This document shows, in pieces, positions 1 through 11,230 of a DNA stretch of 64,000 nt. The translations under genes were made by a program, and so were the position numbers. The DNA lies in assembly GCA_030264375.1 (NCBI GenBank), contig JASCQW010000128.1:11602873-11666872 (forward strand). Reading direction: 5' to 3'. Source of the DNA: Carcharhinus longimanus. Taxonomy: Eukaryota. Each line of letters starts with the position of its first letter. Within the stretch, counting starts at the first letter, position 1. Below the pieces are notes generated by a model, which saw only the letters and a program-made list of their open reading frames with translations, was not told the origin of the DNA and did no database searches.

Positions 1-76
1 AAAATAAGACTGGTCGGCGCAACATTGTGGGCCGAAGGGCCTGTTCCGCGCTGTATGTTCTATGTTCTATGTTCTA
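1..76 (+). mobile_element. CR1-type LINE 3' tail (HER1-like)
   Basis: gggccgaagggcctgtt...tgtatgttctatgttctatgttcta: stem-loop tail plus short terminal repeat; same tail recurs at about 2040-2105 and 18900-18950. Confidence 0.75.
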
Positions 77-447
77 TAGATATGAGGAGGAATTTCCTCA
101 GCCAGAGAGCGGTGAATCTGTGGAACTCTGGTCATTGAGTGTCTTTAAGACAGAGATAGGTTCTTGATTAATAAGGGGATCAGGGATTGTGGAATGGGGA
201 TAAGAAAAATGATGTGGAGACACCGGCGTTGGATGGGGGTAAGCATAGTTTAGTCGCACAACACCAGGTTAAAGTCCAACAGGTTTATTTGGTTGCACAA
301 GCTTGGCTTGTGCAACCAAATAAACCTGTTGGACTTTAACCTGGTGTTGTGAGAATTCTTATAATGAGAAAAAGAACAGCCAGGATTGAATGGCGGAGCA
401 TACTTGATGAGCTGAGTGGTCTAGTTCTGCTCCTATGTCTGTGGTCT
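77..447 (+). mobile_element. CR1 LINE 3' fragment interrupted by a PLE-derived hairpin
   Basis: 'gaggaggaatttcctcagccagagagcggtgaatctgtggaactct' and tail 'attgaatggcggagca...ctgctcctatgtct'; split by the insert at 211-361. Confidence 0.7.
211..361. mobile_element. Penelope-like element terminal fragment forming an inverted repeat with a one-sided tail
   Basis: Perfect 46-bp arms at 257-302 and 306-351; extra tail at about 211-255 on one side only; same family as 841-1133, 2107-2362, 15618-15815, 21430-21768 and 42978-43188. Confidence 0.75.
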
Positions 448-840
448 TTCATCTTTGATCATTGGTACATTATTGAATGTCCTTGGAGTGCTGACCCTTG
501 CCTTGTTTCTCAGTGTTGTCTCCGCCAACAGGATAGTTTGGTACACGGGAGCAACAGGGACCATTTGAACACAAGGCCATGTTTCCACACAGTATTATAG
601 GCTGAGGAAAGATTGAACTGAGCTTGCGATGAAATCCAGACTCAATGTTTGCGCTGGCAGCAAGACCTTGTTCACAGCAACTATGTTGGGGATTAAAGCC
701 AGCCTGATCTTGAGGAAGGGATGAGTTGTTAATAGGGCTCTTTTTTAATCAAATGAGTTACTTTCAGAGGTTTTTGGTTGTACAGAGCAGTGAAGTGGAG
801 TTGTAGCTCCCAGGGTCAGCTGCTGGCTTTTCTGGTTTTG

Positions 841-1133
841 TAAGAAGTCTCACAACACTAGGAAAAAGTCCAATAGGTTTATTTGGTAACACAAGCCACT
901 AGCTTTTGGAGCACTGCTCCTTACATCAGTTGAGTGGGAGTTGTGTTCACAAACAGGGCAAATAAAGACATAAACTCAACTTACAAAATAATGGTGGAAT
1001 GCAGGTCTTTACAGGTAATCGAGTCTTAAAGGTACAGACAATGGAGAGAGGGTTAAGCACAAGTTAAAGAGATGTGTATTGTCTCCAGCCAGGATAGTTA
1101 GTGAGATTTTGCATGCCCGGGCAAGTCATGGGG
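841..1133 (-). mobile_element. PLE-derived repeat with degenerate hammerhead motif
   Basis: Reverse complement of the 2107-2355 sequence; flanked by a 16-bp near-duplicate ggcttttctggttttg (825-840) / ggctttgctggttttg (1133-1148), a probable target-site duplication. Confidence 0.75.
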
Positions 1134-1378
1134 GCTTTGCTGGTTTTGGCAGATCTACTTTCATCGTTTCATGCCAGGTTTGGGGAAATGTGGCCATTCT
1201 GCACCACATTTGGGAACACTGCGCAAACTTTTACAGTGGCTAGTTTCCGAGATCCCATAATTGGAACTGCTATGAATGACTAGTTCCTATCTTTAATGAT
1301 AGTGCCTGCTGAGACACAGGCAAAATCCTTATCCTGAATGACACTATGGAATTTTTATATTCATCTAAAGAGCTGGTC

Positions 1379-2106
1379 AATGGCAGGGTTCTGAGGAACA
1401 TGGAGGAACAGAGAGATCTTGGGGTTCATATCCACATATCCATATCCACATATCCTTGAAGATTGCCACTCAAGTGGATAGAGCCGTGAAGGAGGCTTAT
1501 AATGTGTTAGCCTTTATTAACAGGGGGTTTGAGTTTGAGCCGTGGGGTTATGCTGCAACTATACAGGACCTTGGTGAAACCACATTTGGAATATTTCATG
1601 CAGTCTGGTCACCTCACTATAAGAAGCATTGGAGAGAGTGCAGAGGAGATTTACCAAGATGTTGCCTGGTTTGGAGGGTAGGTCTTATGAGGAAAGGTTG
1701 AGGGAGCTGGGGCTTTTCTCTTTAGAGCGGAGGAGGATGAGGGGCGACTTAACAGAGGTTTATAAGATGATGAGAGGGATGGATAGAGTGGATGTGCAGA
1801 GACTATTTCCTCGGGTGGATGTAGCAGTTACCGGGGGGCATAATTATAAGATTCATGGTGGGAGATATAGGAGGGATATCCGAGATAGATTCTTCACTCA
1901 GGGCGTGGTTGGGACGTGGAGTAGACTGCCTGCTGTGATAGTGGCGTCGGACACTTCAGGAATTTTTCAAGCGGTTATTGGATAGGCACATGGAGCACTC
2001 CAGAATTATAGGGGATAGCTTGATCTTGGGACTGGACATAGCTCGGCACAACACTGAGGGCCGAAGGGCCTGTACTGTGCTACAATGTTCTATGTTTCTC
2101 ATGTTT
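1379..2106 (+). mobile_element. CR1 LINE 3' end (ORF2 C-terminus plus tail), frameshifted
   Basis: ORF 1629-1985 ERVQRRFTKMLPGLEGRSYEERLRELGLFSLERRRMRGDL is the canonical CR1 ORF2 C-terminus; tail gggccgaagggcctgtactgtgct...ttctatg. Confidence 0.9.
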
Positions 2107-2362
2107 AATACACATTTCTTTAACCTGCGCTTAATGCTCTCTCCACTCACATTGTCTGTACCTTAAGGACTTGATTAGTTCTAAAGATTCACACTCCAAT
2201 CAATATTCTGTAAATTGAGTTTGGGTCTTTATATGCTCTATTTGTGAACAGAGCTCCCTACTCACCTGACGAAGGAGCAGCGCTCCGAAAACTAATGGCC
2301 TTTGCTACCAAATAAACCTGTTGGATTTTAAGCTGGTGTTGTGAGACTTCTTACTGTGCGTA
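2107..2362 (+). mobile_element. PLE-derived repeat with hammerhead motif
   Basis: cac-CTGACGA-a-GGAGC-agc-GCTCC-GAAA at 2263-2290, followed by ccaaataaacctgttgga...gtgagacttctta. Confidence 0.75.
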
Positions 2363-4095
2363 CTGCCTCAACAGCTCTCGTTCTCCATAATACCGCCAAA
2401 TCAGAGCTGCTGGCGCGCTGACTGGGTTGACAGTATGGAAGACCTGCCGTCATTTTAAATTTGTCACTTCCCTCTTCTGCTGGGTTTTAACGACAATATT
2501 GTGGAGGAGTCCCACTTCCATCCCAGGTGTGCCATTCATGCAAAAATCATCCAAGAAGCGTAAAGAACCTGCAATGCTCCCACAGAATTCTGCCCTGTAT
2601 TTCTGATTTAAAAGTTTGAACTTTTAGTATAAATTGTGAACAATAGTGGTCACAGCACTGATCTCTGTGGTAGCCCTACTTTCCACCTCTGCCATTCTGA
2701 ATAGCTATGTTTTACCTCTACCTTCTACTATCCCTCCTGCAGCCATATAGTTATCGACTTTGCTACTTACGCCTCTGCACACTCTGACCTATGCAAACAC
2801 GTAACAAATCAAAACCAACATACTCAATAGGGTAAATTTTGCAAGGTTTATAGATCCGTTTAATAGTCATGGATGAGCAGAGAACTGAGGACTGGTGGGA
2901 TTGCAATTTTCCAGTACGTGCTGACTTGACTTTTCATGACTCATTTTCCCTACTTCTATGCAATGGAGTGGCTGTATCTTCATCTGTACCTTCCAATTTC
3001 AATTCACAGCTCAACAACTTTGAGCTAGGCTTATAAATAATGTTAATTGAAACAATACTTAATCTGATAACTGGAACGAAGTCTTATTTTTATGAGACTT
3101 GCAGGGTTCATGGGTGCTGTTATGAAGAATATTAATTAGATATAATTTACACATGCAAATGATTTTAATTAGAAGTGAAAACACCAAGCTCCATCCATGT
3201 AACTAGGAAAGTGGAACCCTTATGCTGTGAGATAAATTAACAACTTGATTAATATCCCTATGGAATTTAGGTTAATTATATAAAATTGGTGCTTGCACTT
3301 GAAATAATTTTTAATTTGTTTTCTTGCAAAGCTGTATATGGATAGGAAATAGACAACTGAGATTGAAATTTACAAGGATTAAGCTTATAACAAAGTTTGC
3401 TTTTAAATTTTAGGGACTAGATTCAACATGGATGATGCAGTGAAATCCCATTCTACCTATTAAGAACATGAATAGATTTCAGCAGTCAGCATTTAGTTGC
3501 AGGTTCAAGGGCCAACACTGCTCATCAGCAGACACAGGCATCAAAAACTCAATATTTTCCTTTTACAGAAGATGGAAGAAATATCAACTTTTAGCCAAAT
3601 CTAATGACCAACTATAAATACGGTTATACGTGCTTTGATCACTGATAACAAAAAAACAAGTCATAATGCAGTTGACGATTAGCACCTCTCAACTGGCCTG
3701 ATGGTGCCCTCAATGTTAGGCACACAGTACCTGATCAAGGGACCTGACATCGGAGAAGCAGGATTGATACAGAGCCACACCCTTTCCTTATCTGCCCCAT
3801 CCCCTGTGACTCCCTTTTTGCCATTGTTCACTTGTTAGCCAGGGATTCTGAGCCAGCCCTCGGCCTCTCAGCAATTGTGTCAGCAGCCAAAATACGTCCT
3901 TGAAGCTGATGATTACTGAGAGCTGTTTATCTCAGATTGGATGGCAGCTAAAGACAGGCAGGGCTTGCATCTAGGGGTCTTTCATCTCACTTAAGTACCT
4001 GCTGAGCCTCAATTGATAAGTCTTCCAGGAAGAGGGAATGTGGGGCTTTTGTGGCTCTCCAGCCAGTTGTGGAGAGCCCACAGCCTCAGTTAAAT

Positions 4096-4415
4096 CACAG
4101 AATCCCTACAATGCAGAAGGAGGTCATTCGGCAATTTGAGTCTACATCGACAATAATCCCATCTAGGCCCTATCCTCGTAACCTCACATATTTACCTCAC
4201 TAATCCCGCTAACCTATGCGCCCCGGGACACTAAGCGAGAATTTAGCATGGCCAATGCACCTAACCTGAACATCTTTAGGCTTGAGAGGAAACTGGAGCA
4301 CCCAGAGGAAATCCACGCAGACACAGGGAGAACATGCAAAATGCATATAGTGACCCAGGCCGGGAACCCAGGTCCCTGGAGCTGCGAGGCAGCAGTGCTA
4401 ACCACTGTGCCACCC
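4096..4415 (-). mobile_element. tRNA-derived V-SINE (HE1-like) with CR1-type tail
   Basis: Reverse complement reads ggtggcacagtggttagcactgctgcctc...(A/B-box-like head), V-domain tgtctgcgtggatttcctctgggtgctcc, tail ...ctgcattgtagggattctgtg. Confidence 0.85.
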
Positions 4416-5493
4416 TATTTCTCAGTTACTAAATTTTCTCTCATTGTGCAAATTTCATACTGTCTCATCCTTTTTCTCTGTAAATGTAAGACTTATTTGT
4501 GTTTCATAGGCTCTCCTTTTCCCTCACATTCGCCTTGGGGACATGGAAGATGAGTCAGGATGACAACACTAACAGATCTAGAAATGAGTTAATCTCTTTG
4601 GAGTTTGAGGCTGGGGTGTGTCTCACCTTGTTTCTTTTGCACAAAGAAGCTTGAGGTTGAATTTAGGACTGGGTAAGAAGGAAAAATAAGCAAGGCCCTG
4701 TGATGTAGCTCTAATTGTATGATTGTTATTGTTGTGTCAGCATATATCATGAATTATGACTTCTGGACAACAGTTATAATTCTATTAAACAGATTAATAT
4801 TTCTTGTATATAGTTTCAACATTTTTCATGTCAAAATCATCTCAGATAAGAGTTTAAAATTGCATGTTTTACTCTGCTCCTATTTTTAAATACACAAACA
4901 TTCACAGCTAAATTCAAGTATCCAACATTGGTAATAATTGATTCTCTACACTTCATGCTGGCAGGCCTTTCTGATTGCCAAAGATGAGGGGCAAAACATA
5001 TGTGGAAGTATCTTGGCATGAAAACAGCAGTCTTCCATCAATGTTTTACGCACCATTTCAATATGGTAATGAGAATTAGATTCAGCAACTTGTAGCCATA
5101 ATCTGGGAATGAGATCACAGAGGGTTCCTGCCAGAGACACTGCTGCACTCGGAGTTGTAAACCTGTTATTTGGTCTTCACTGTACAGGTGAATTTTTGTG
5201 TTGAAACGTTAGTGTGAATAGCAAAAAAGAGTCACTCAGTAACTTCAGTTCAACGCATGGATATGCGAGGCCCGATTTTAGCTCCTGATCTATGGCAGTC
5301 TGTGTCCGTCACGTACTTGCTCTTGCCGGCTGGAAGCTCAAGTCATTGAATGGCTGAGCCTCACTTCTGCTGCTGATCTGCAGATGCCAAGTGGGAACTT
5401 TAGGCCAAGTTGTCAGTTCTGAGAGGGCGGCAAATTGACTGGCTTTCATACTAAGCCAACTGACGGTTGGAGCTTGGGGAGGTGGAGTTGATC

Positions 5494-5836
5494 CACGGGT
5501 GTCGACAGACAAACTTCTGAGTGGCTGGGATTTTATTTTTCTTGACAAAGGGCACTCCTGATCCTACTGCCCCGCCAAAAGAAAATTCAATATTTCCTGA
5601 GCTCTTTTGTGAGTGGTTTCCCATTGTCCTTACTGGACCACTACCTATGCCCAATACAAATTGACAGAAGATAGGCTTGGCACATTTGTACAATTGAAGT
5701 TGGTGCTTGAGCCACATTTGTGAAGGTCCTGGGTAAACTGGCGGGTAGCAGGATTGGACTGAGAATGTTGCAGGAATTGTTAAATGGGATAGATTTAGAA
5801 CATACCTAGAAGCTCAAAATTGGATATCTAAAGATA
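5494..5836 (+). repeat. Copy 1 of a ~340-bp diverged direct repeat
   Basis: Aligns by eye, colinearly, with 8377-8718. Confidence 0.85.
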
Positions 5837-6185
5837 CTGTGAGCCATCATCAGCCAGCAGCAGAATATTATTCAACCACAATCTGCACCCTGTAACCTGG
5901 CATATCCATCATTCTACCATCAAATCAGGCAATCAACCTGGATTCAATGAGGTGCAGAAGAGCACGCCAAGGTCAGCACCAGGCACACCTGAAATGAGGT
6001 GCCAGCCTGATAAACTACAATGCAGGACCACATGTGTGTTGACTGGCAGAAAGCTAGACCGAGTTAAGCAATTCTGCAACCAACAGATCAGGTTAAAGCT
6101 TCGCAGTCCTGCTACATACAATGAACAGTGGAGGACAAGTGGCCAACTAACAGTAGGAGAAGCATTGCATGGCACCAACATCAGT
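5778..6185 (+). mobile_element. CR1/L2-group LINE internal fragment
   Basis: Homologous to about 13805-14180 (tgttaaatgggatagatt..., caacagatca...). Confidence 0.65.
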
Positions 6186-8376
6186 CACTTGTCAGCCCAA
6201 GCTTGGACATCGTGGACATAGTCTGCTTAATTATCTGCAATACTGCACATGTTCACACTAAATTACATAGGAAATATTTACTGTATTATTATTCTCGACC
6301 TTAGCATGCCTTAACGAGAACATAAAAACATTGTTAGATGGACATATTCAGTTCCACTCATGTCTGCAGATGTTTAATCTAATGAGATACAAATACTATT
6401 TTTTCCTAACTTGTTAGATTGGAAAAGAGTAACAAGTAAACCAGAATTTCCAAATGCAAAATACAATTACATCTTTTTAGTTTGAAAAGGAGTATATCAA
6501 ATACTTATTTTCTGCCTCAGTAAGAATAGAATGTAAAATAACTAAAATTTCACCAAAAAGTGGCATGCATAGCCGAATGTGATTACAAGTATTCGAGTAC
6601 TTTTTCCATTTACATCTGACACAGTTACATTGTTATTTGTAGAAGTCTTGTGCTTTGTGCAGAATTACGCAGAAACATTACTCAGCATGCAAGTTTGAAT
6701 TACTTCCAACTATCACCATACACGAGATTCAAGTCTTTTTCAAGTTTTGTTCAATCCAATTAGCACATGTTCATAGCTTTAATATATACTAAGCCTAAAT
6801 TGAATTTTCCAATTGAAGATATGGACAAAGATTTAACAGACATTAAGGGTTGTTGGAAAAGACACAAAAGAATTTCCAGGAGTCTAGCATTAATTTGTAG
6901 CATTAATTTAAAGCATATTCTGGACTCATTTTTGGTAGTTTGCTTTTTTTTCTCCCTCCAATATTATTGAAACCATTTCCTGTGGGCCAACATTTTCAAT
7001 TCCCACAAGGCAAACTGGGAATTAACTGCATTTTTATTTTTTGGTAAAATAAAGAAGATTGCTTTACTAACAAAATCATCAAATGGAGTCGCCAGTTGCT
7101 GCAAATGTAACAACGCTTTTTCAAATTTAAAGATGCACAGGCACCCCAGAGCCTAGCAAGGTCAGAATTTTACAGAGATTCCGAATGAGCGATTTCCTCA
7201 TGATAGCAAGGGGATTTGCATAAGAACAAACAATGGTGCGAAGAGAGTGTGGAGGAAAATCCATTTCTATCTGCCTTTGGTCTGAGAAAAACATCTGCAA
7301 GAAAGCAGACCTAATATCTCAATTAGCTAAATGAGCTGGTATAATGCCTCCTCCAAGAGAGGTTCCCGGCACTATCATACAGGACACCTACTCTCAAATT
7401 TGACAGCTCCACATCAACTGTCCTGTCTATGTCATCCCCTATCTCTTCATAAATTCAACTCATCACTGTATAGAACTAGGATCCCATTCAGGTCACCAAG
7501 CAAAATCAACTTTATCACTTGTGCCAAACTATGCTGAAACGTAGTTAGTATCATTAGCATTGGTTCAAGAGTTAGCAAATTATTGTAATATAATATTATC
7601 TTTGCACTGAAGTGCCTTGTATCTCATAATACTCAAGTCGTGACATGAGACCACAAGAGGAGACAGCTTGTGCTACTCAGCCTGCCTCCATGCCTTTTCT
7701 GCCATACATACAGAAATCAGAGGGGGCTGGTGGGAGGGACAAAATAGGCTGCTGTTTCTGTAATTACCAGGGCTCTGCAATTACCTGACCTCCTGAAGGC
7801 CGGTCAAATATTCTTTCTCCACTGAATTTTTATGGAGCCAAAATTGTAATGCAGACTCCTTTAAGCTTGTTAAATCCTGCAGCAGAATACTACTTCTCAT
7901 TCTAATGGGCAAGCTTCCAATTTGAGACACTGGAGCCCACCTAGAACACAATAATGGCAGTGACCTTGTTAATTAAAGCAGGGTAAAGCTTCCTAACATC
8001 AGGTGGGCACAAATTTCTTCACCACAATTCCAATCAGGCATGAGCCCTGTCTATATACTGCAAGTTCTTTCTGGCATAGCATCATTCACAGTTTCATTAT
8101 TGGACCAAGATCCTAAGGGTTGGGAATCAGGAGTGATGAATATTTGGCAAGAGATACAGTATCTACACTATCATCCAAAGTTAAACTTAATTCTTTTCGT
8201 AATTATATTTTGCTTGCAAGTTCCAAAAGCACGCTTATAACTCGTTTCAGTTATCACTGGTACGGATTAGACTCGACAGAATCTTCCAACTGTTGTGGTT
8301 TCCTGGTGGCATGGAGTGCAGTCAATGAGAAAGCAGCTGGATCTTCGAATGGCTCACATCCTCCCGTCACAAGAAA

Positions 8377-8718
8377 CACAGGTGTTGACAGACAAACTTT
8401 TGAGTGGGCGGGATTTTATTTTTCTTGACAGACAAAGGGCATTCCTGACCCTACTGGCCCCACCAAAAGAAAATTTTAGATTTCCTGAGCTCTTTAATGA
8501 GTGGCTTTCTAATGTCTTTACTGGACCACTAATTATGTCCAGTACAAATTGTCAGAGGATGGATTTGGCACATTTGTACAATTCAAGTTGGTGCTTCAGC
8601 CACTTTCATGAAGGTCCTGGGTAAACTGGTGGGGATTGGAGTGAGAATGTTGTAGGAATTGTTAAATGGCATAGATTTAGAACAGACCTGGAAGGTCAGA
8701 ACTGGACATCTATAGATA
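8377..8718 (+). repeat. Copy 2 of a ~340-bp diverged direct repeat
   Basis: Shared blocks include gggattttatttttcttgaca, tttcctgagctct, ttggcacatttgtacaatt and gaaggtcctgggtaaactgg. Confidence 0.85.
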
Positions 8719-9019
8719 ATTTGGTCCACTGGAATTTGGAGATGACATGGATACCCGCTCGAAGCCAACATGCCCTCACTGAAGATGCAGACCAAGTTCC
8801 AATGATGTTACTGTGGTCCAATTTATTATTTCATCCTCTGGATCCAAATGAAAACATTGGTCCTTGCATCATGCCTTAGGCTTAATCACCCTTTTTTTGT
8901 TATTATTAGTTTGTAGGAAGTCCATGTGACATATTAGCTCCACACATTGGCAAACACTGATAGCCAAACAAAGGATAATCATGCAAGTTATACAGCAGTT
9001 TAATCACTTCAGTCAGCCA

Positions 9020-9083
9020 CTTTTCACAGTAACTTCATTGCAGTGTTAATTAAGCTTACTTGTGACACGAATAAATAAACTAA
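9020..9083 (+). mobile_element. Isolated retroposon 3' tail
   Basis: ttttcacagtaacttcattgcagtgttaat...aataaataaac; the first 30 nt are identical to the tail of the SINE at about 35685-35714. Confidence 0.6.
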
Positions 9084-9194
9084 ATGCTTCTGAACTGTTT
9101 CCAGTCTGATCTGTAACTAGCAAGAGGGACTGCGTCGTGCATGGAAGTATTTATGCAAGTATTGGTTCATGCATGTAAGTATCCAGGCAGCATG

Positions 9195-10465
9195 ACTTAA
9201 TGACTATTCATCTGCTGGCTCTGACGTCCATCATTATGAAATGCTTTGAAAGGTTAGCCATGGCACGAATCAATTCCAGTCTCTCAGATTGTCTGGATCC
9301 ACTACTGTTTGCCTCTCGCTGCAACAGGTTCACATCATCTCCCTGGCCCTACACGCAACCCTGGAACCCTTGGATAAGAAAGACACCTGTGTCAGATTCT
9401 TATCTGTTGACTACAACTCAGCCTTCAACACGATTATTCGTACAAAATTCATCTCCAAACTCCATGGCCTGGGGGACGGCTCCTCCCTCTGCAACTGGAT
9501 CCTAGACTTCCTAACTCACAGACCATAACCAATAACGATAGTCAACGACACCTCCTCCACAATTATCCTCAATACCGGTGCCCCACAAGGCTGTGTCCTC
9601 AGACCCTCACTACACTCCTTATATACCTATGACTTGGTGGCCAAATTCCAGTCCAACTCAATTTTCATGTTTGCTGATACCACCACCATAGTGGGTCAGA
9701 TGTCAAACAATGACGAGACGTACAGGAATGAGATAGAGAATTTGGTGAACTGGTGCAAAAACAACAATCTCTCCCTCAATGTCAATAAAACAAAGGAGAT
9801 AGTCATCAACTTCAGGAAGTGTAGAGGCGGACATACCCCTGTCTACATCAATGGAGACGAAGTGGAAATGGTCAAGGACTTCAAGTTTCTAGGTGCCCAG
9901 ATCACCAACAACCTGTCTTGGTTCCTCCATGCCAACGAATGCCTCTACTTTCTCAGGAGGCTAAGGAAATTTGGCATGTCTGCTATGACTATCACCATAA
10001 AATGCACCATAAGAAGCATCCTTTCTGGATGTAACACAGCTTGGTATTGCTCCTGCTCTGTCCAAGACCGCAAGAAGCTACAAAGGGTTGTGAGCATAGC
10101 CCAGTCCATCATGCAAACCAGCCTCCCATCTACATCTCCTGCTGCCTCGGAAAAGTCACCAGCATAATCAAGGACCCCACTCAACCTAGACATACTCTCT
10201 TCCGTCGGGAAAAAGATACAATTGTCTGAAAACACTTACCAACCGAGTGAAGAACAGCTTCTTCCCTGTTGCCATCAGACCTTTGAATGTACCTACCTTA
10301 TATTACGTTGACCTTCTTCTACATGCTAACTATGACTGTAACACTACATTCTGCACACCTTCCTTTCCTTCTCTCCTATGTACTCTAAGAATGCCATGCT
10401 TGTCTGTATAGCATGCAAGAAACAAAAGTTTTCGCTGTAACCTAATACATGGGACAATAATAAAT
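9195..10465 (+). mobile_element. Rex1/Babar-clade LINE, 5'-truncated and frameshifted (RT plus 3' UTR)
   Basis: [32 protein letters not shown] and FAD-TTIVG RT motifs, then LYFLRRLRKFG; 3' UTR homologous to about 53340-53520 and 26080-26298. Confidence 0.85.
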
Positions 10466-10599
10466 TTGTTTGAATCATTGGAGGGGGGGGAAGAGACATT
10501 CAAGAAGCAGTAAGAAAGTTCCAAATCATCAATGATAATTCCAATGCCAGAATTACTGTTATTACACATCTCTGCCCTTGATCATACTACATAACACCC

Positions 10600-11230
10600 T
10601 GCTGGAAATGGTTAGCAAATTCTGTCTTCTTAGATCCATGGTGACAGACAATCTATTTCTTGAATCAGAACCTGACACACATACAGGGACAGCAGCTCCC
10701 ACCTTTGGCCATATCATCAAACTTGTGTGGGATAACATCAAGCTGATTCCCAGGACCAAGACCAAGACCAAGGTTTATAAGGCCTGTGTTCGCAGCACCT
10801 TGCTGTGTAGCTATGAAATACAGACAATTTACACATTTCAGGAAAGGAAACCCAAAAACTTTAATCTTCAATATTTGCAGGGCATTCTCAGCATTTCACA
10901 AAGGACAAAATCAGAAAAATGCTTGCCCCCTCAAAGACAAGCTTCCTAAATACGTTGGAACTCAACAAGCAGAGGTAATTTTACTGGCTTGGGTACATTC
11001 ACAGGATGCAAGATTCTCCCATACCCAAGAATTTTCTGCATGGCAAAATAGCCTGAAGACCAGAAGGATACCCAAAGCTTGGGCTTAAGCATGCTGGCGA
11101 GCATGGCATGAAGACCCCAAGCATCAATTTTCACACATGGGAGACACAAGCAGACCACACAGGAAAATGGTGACATCAACCATGGCATGTGCCACGATAA
11201 TTAGTGCCTTCAGCAACTTGGCAATCGGTA
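10600..11230 (+). mobile_element. RTE-clade LINE C-terminal remnant
   Basis: 'AAPTFGHIIKLVWDN..KTKTKVYKACVRSTLLCSYE' resembles the RTE post-RT motif TKxxVYxACVxSTLLYGxE. Confidence 0.7.

Noticed and set aside
4340-4415. tRNA genes at SINE heads (also near 14808, 22650-22722, 34054, 35458, 56270-56350)
   Set aside because: tRNA-like A/B boxes run directly into SINE bodies and no intact cloverleaf is evident.
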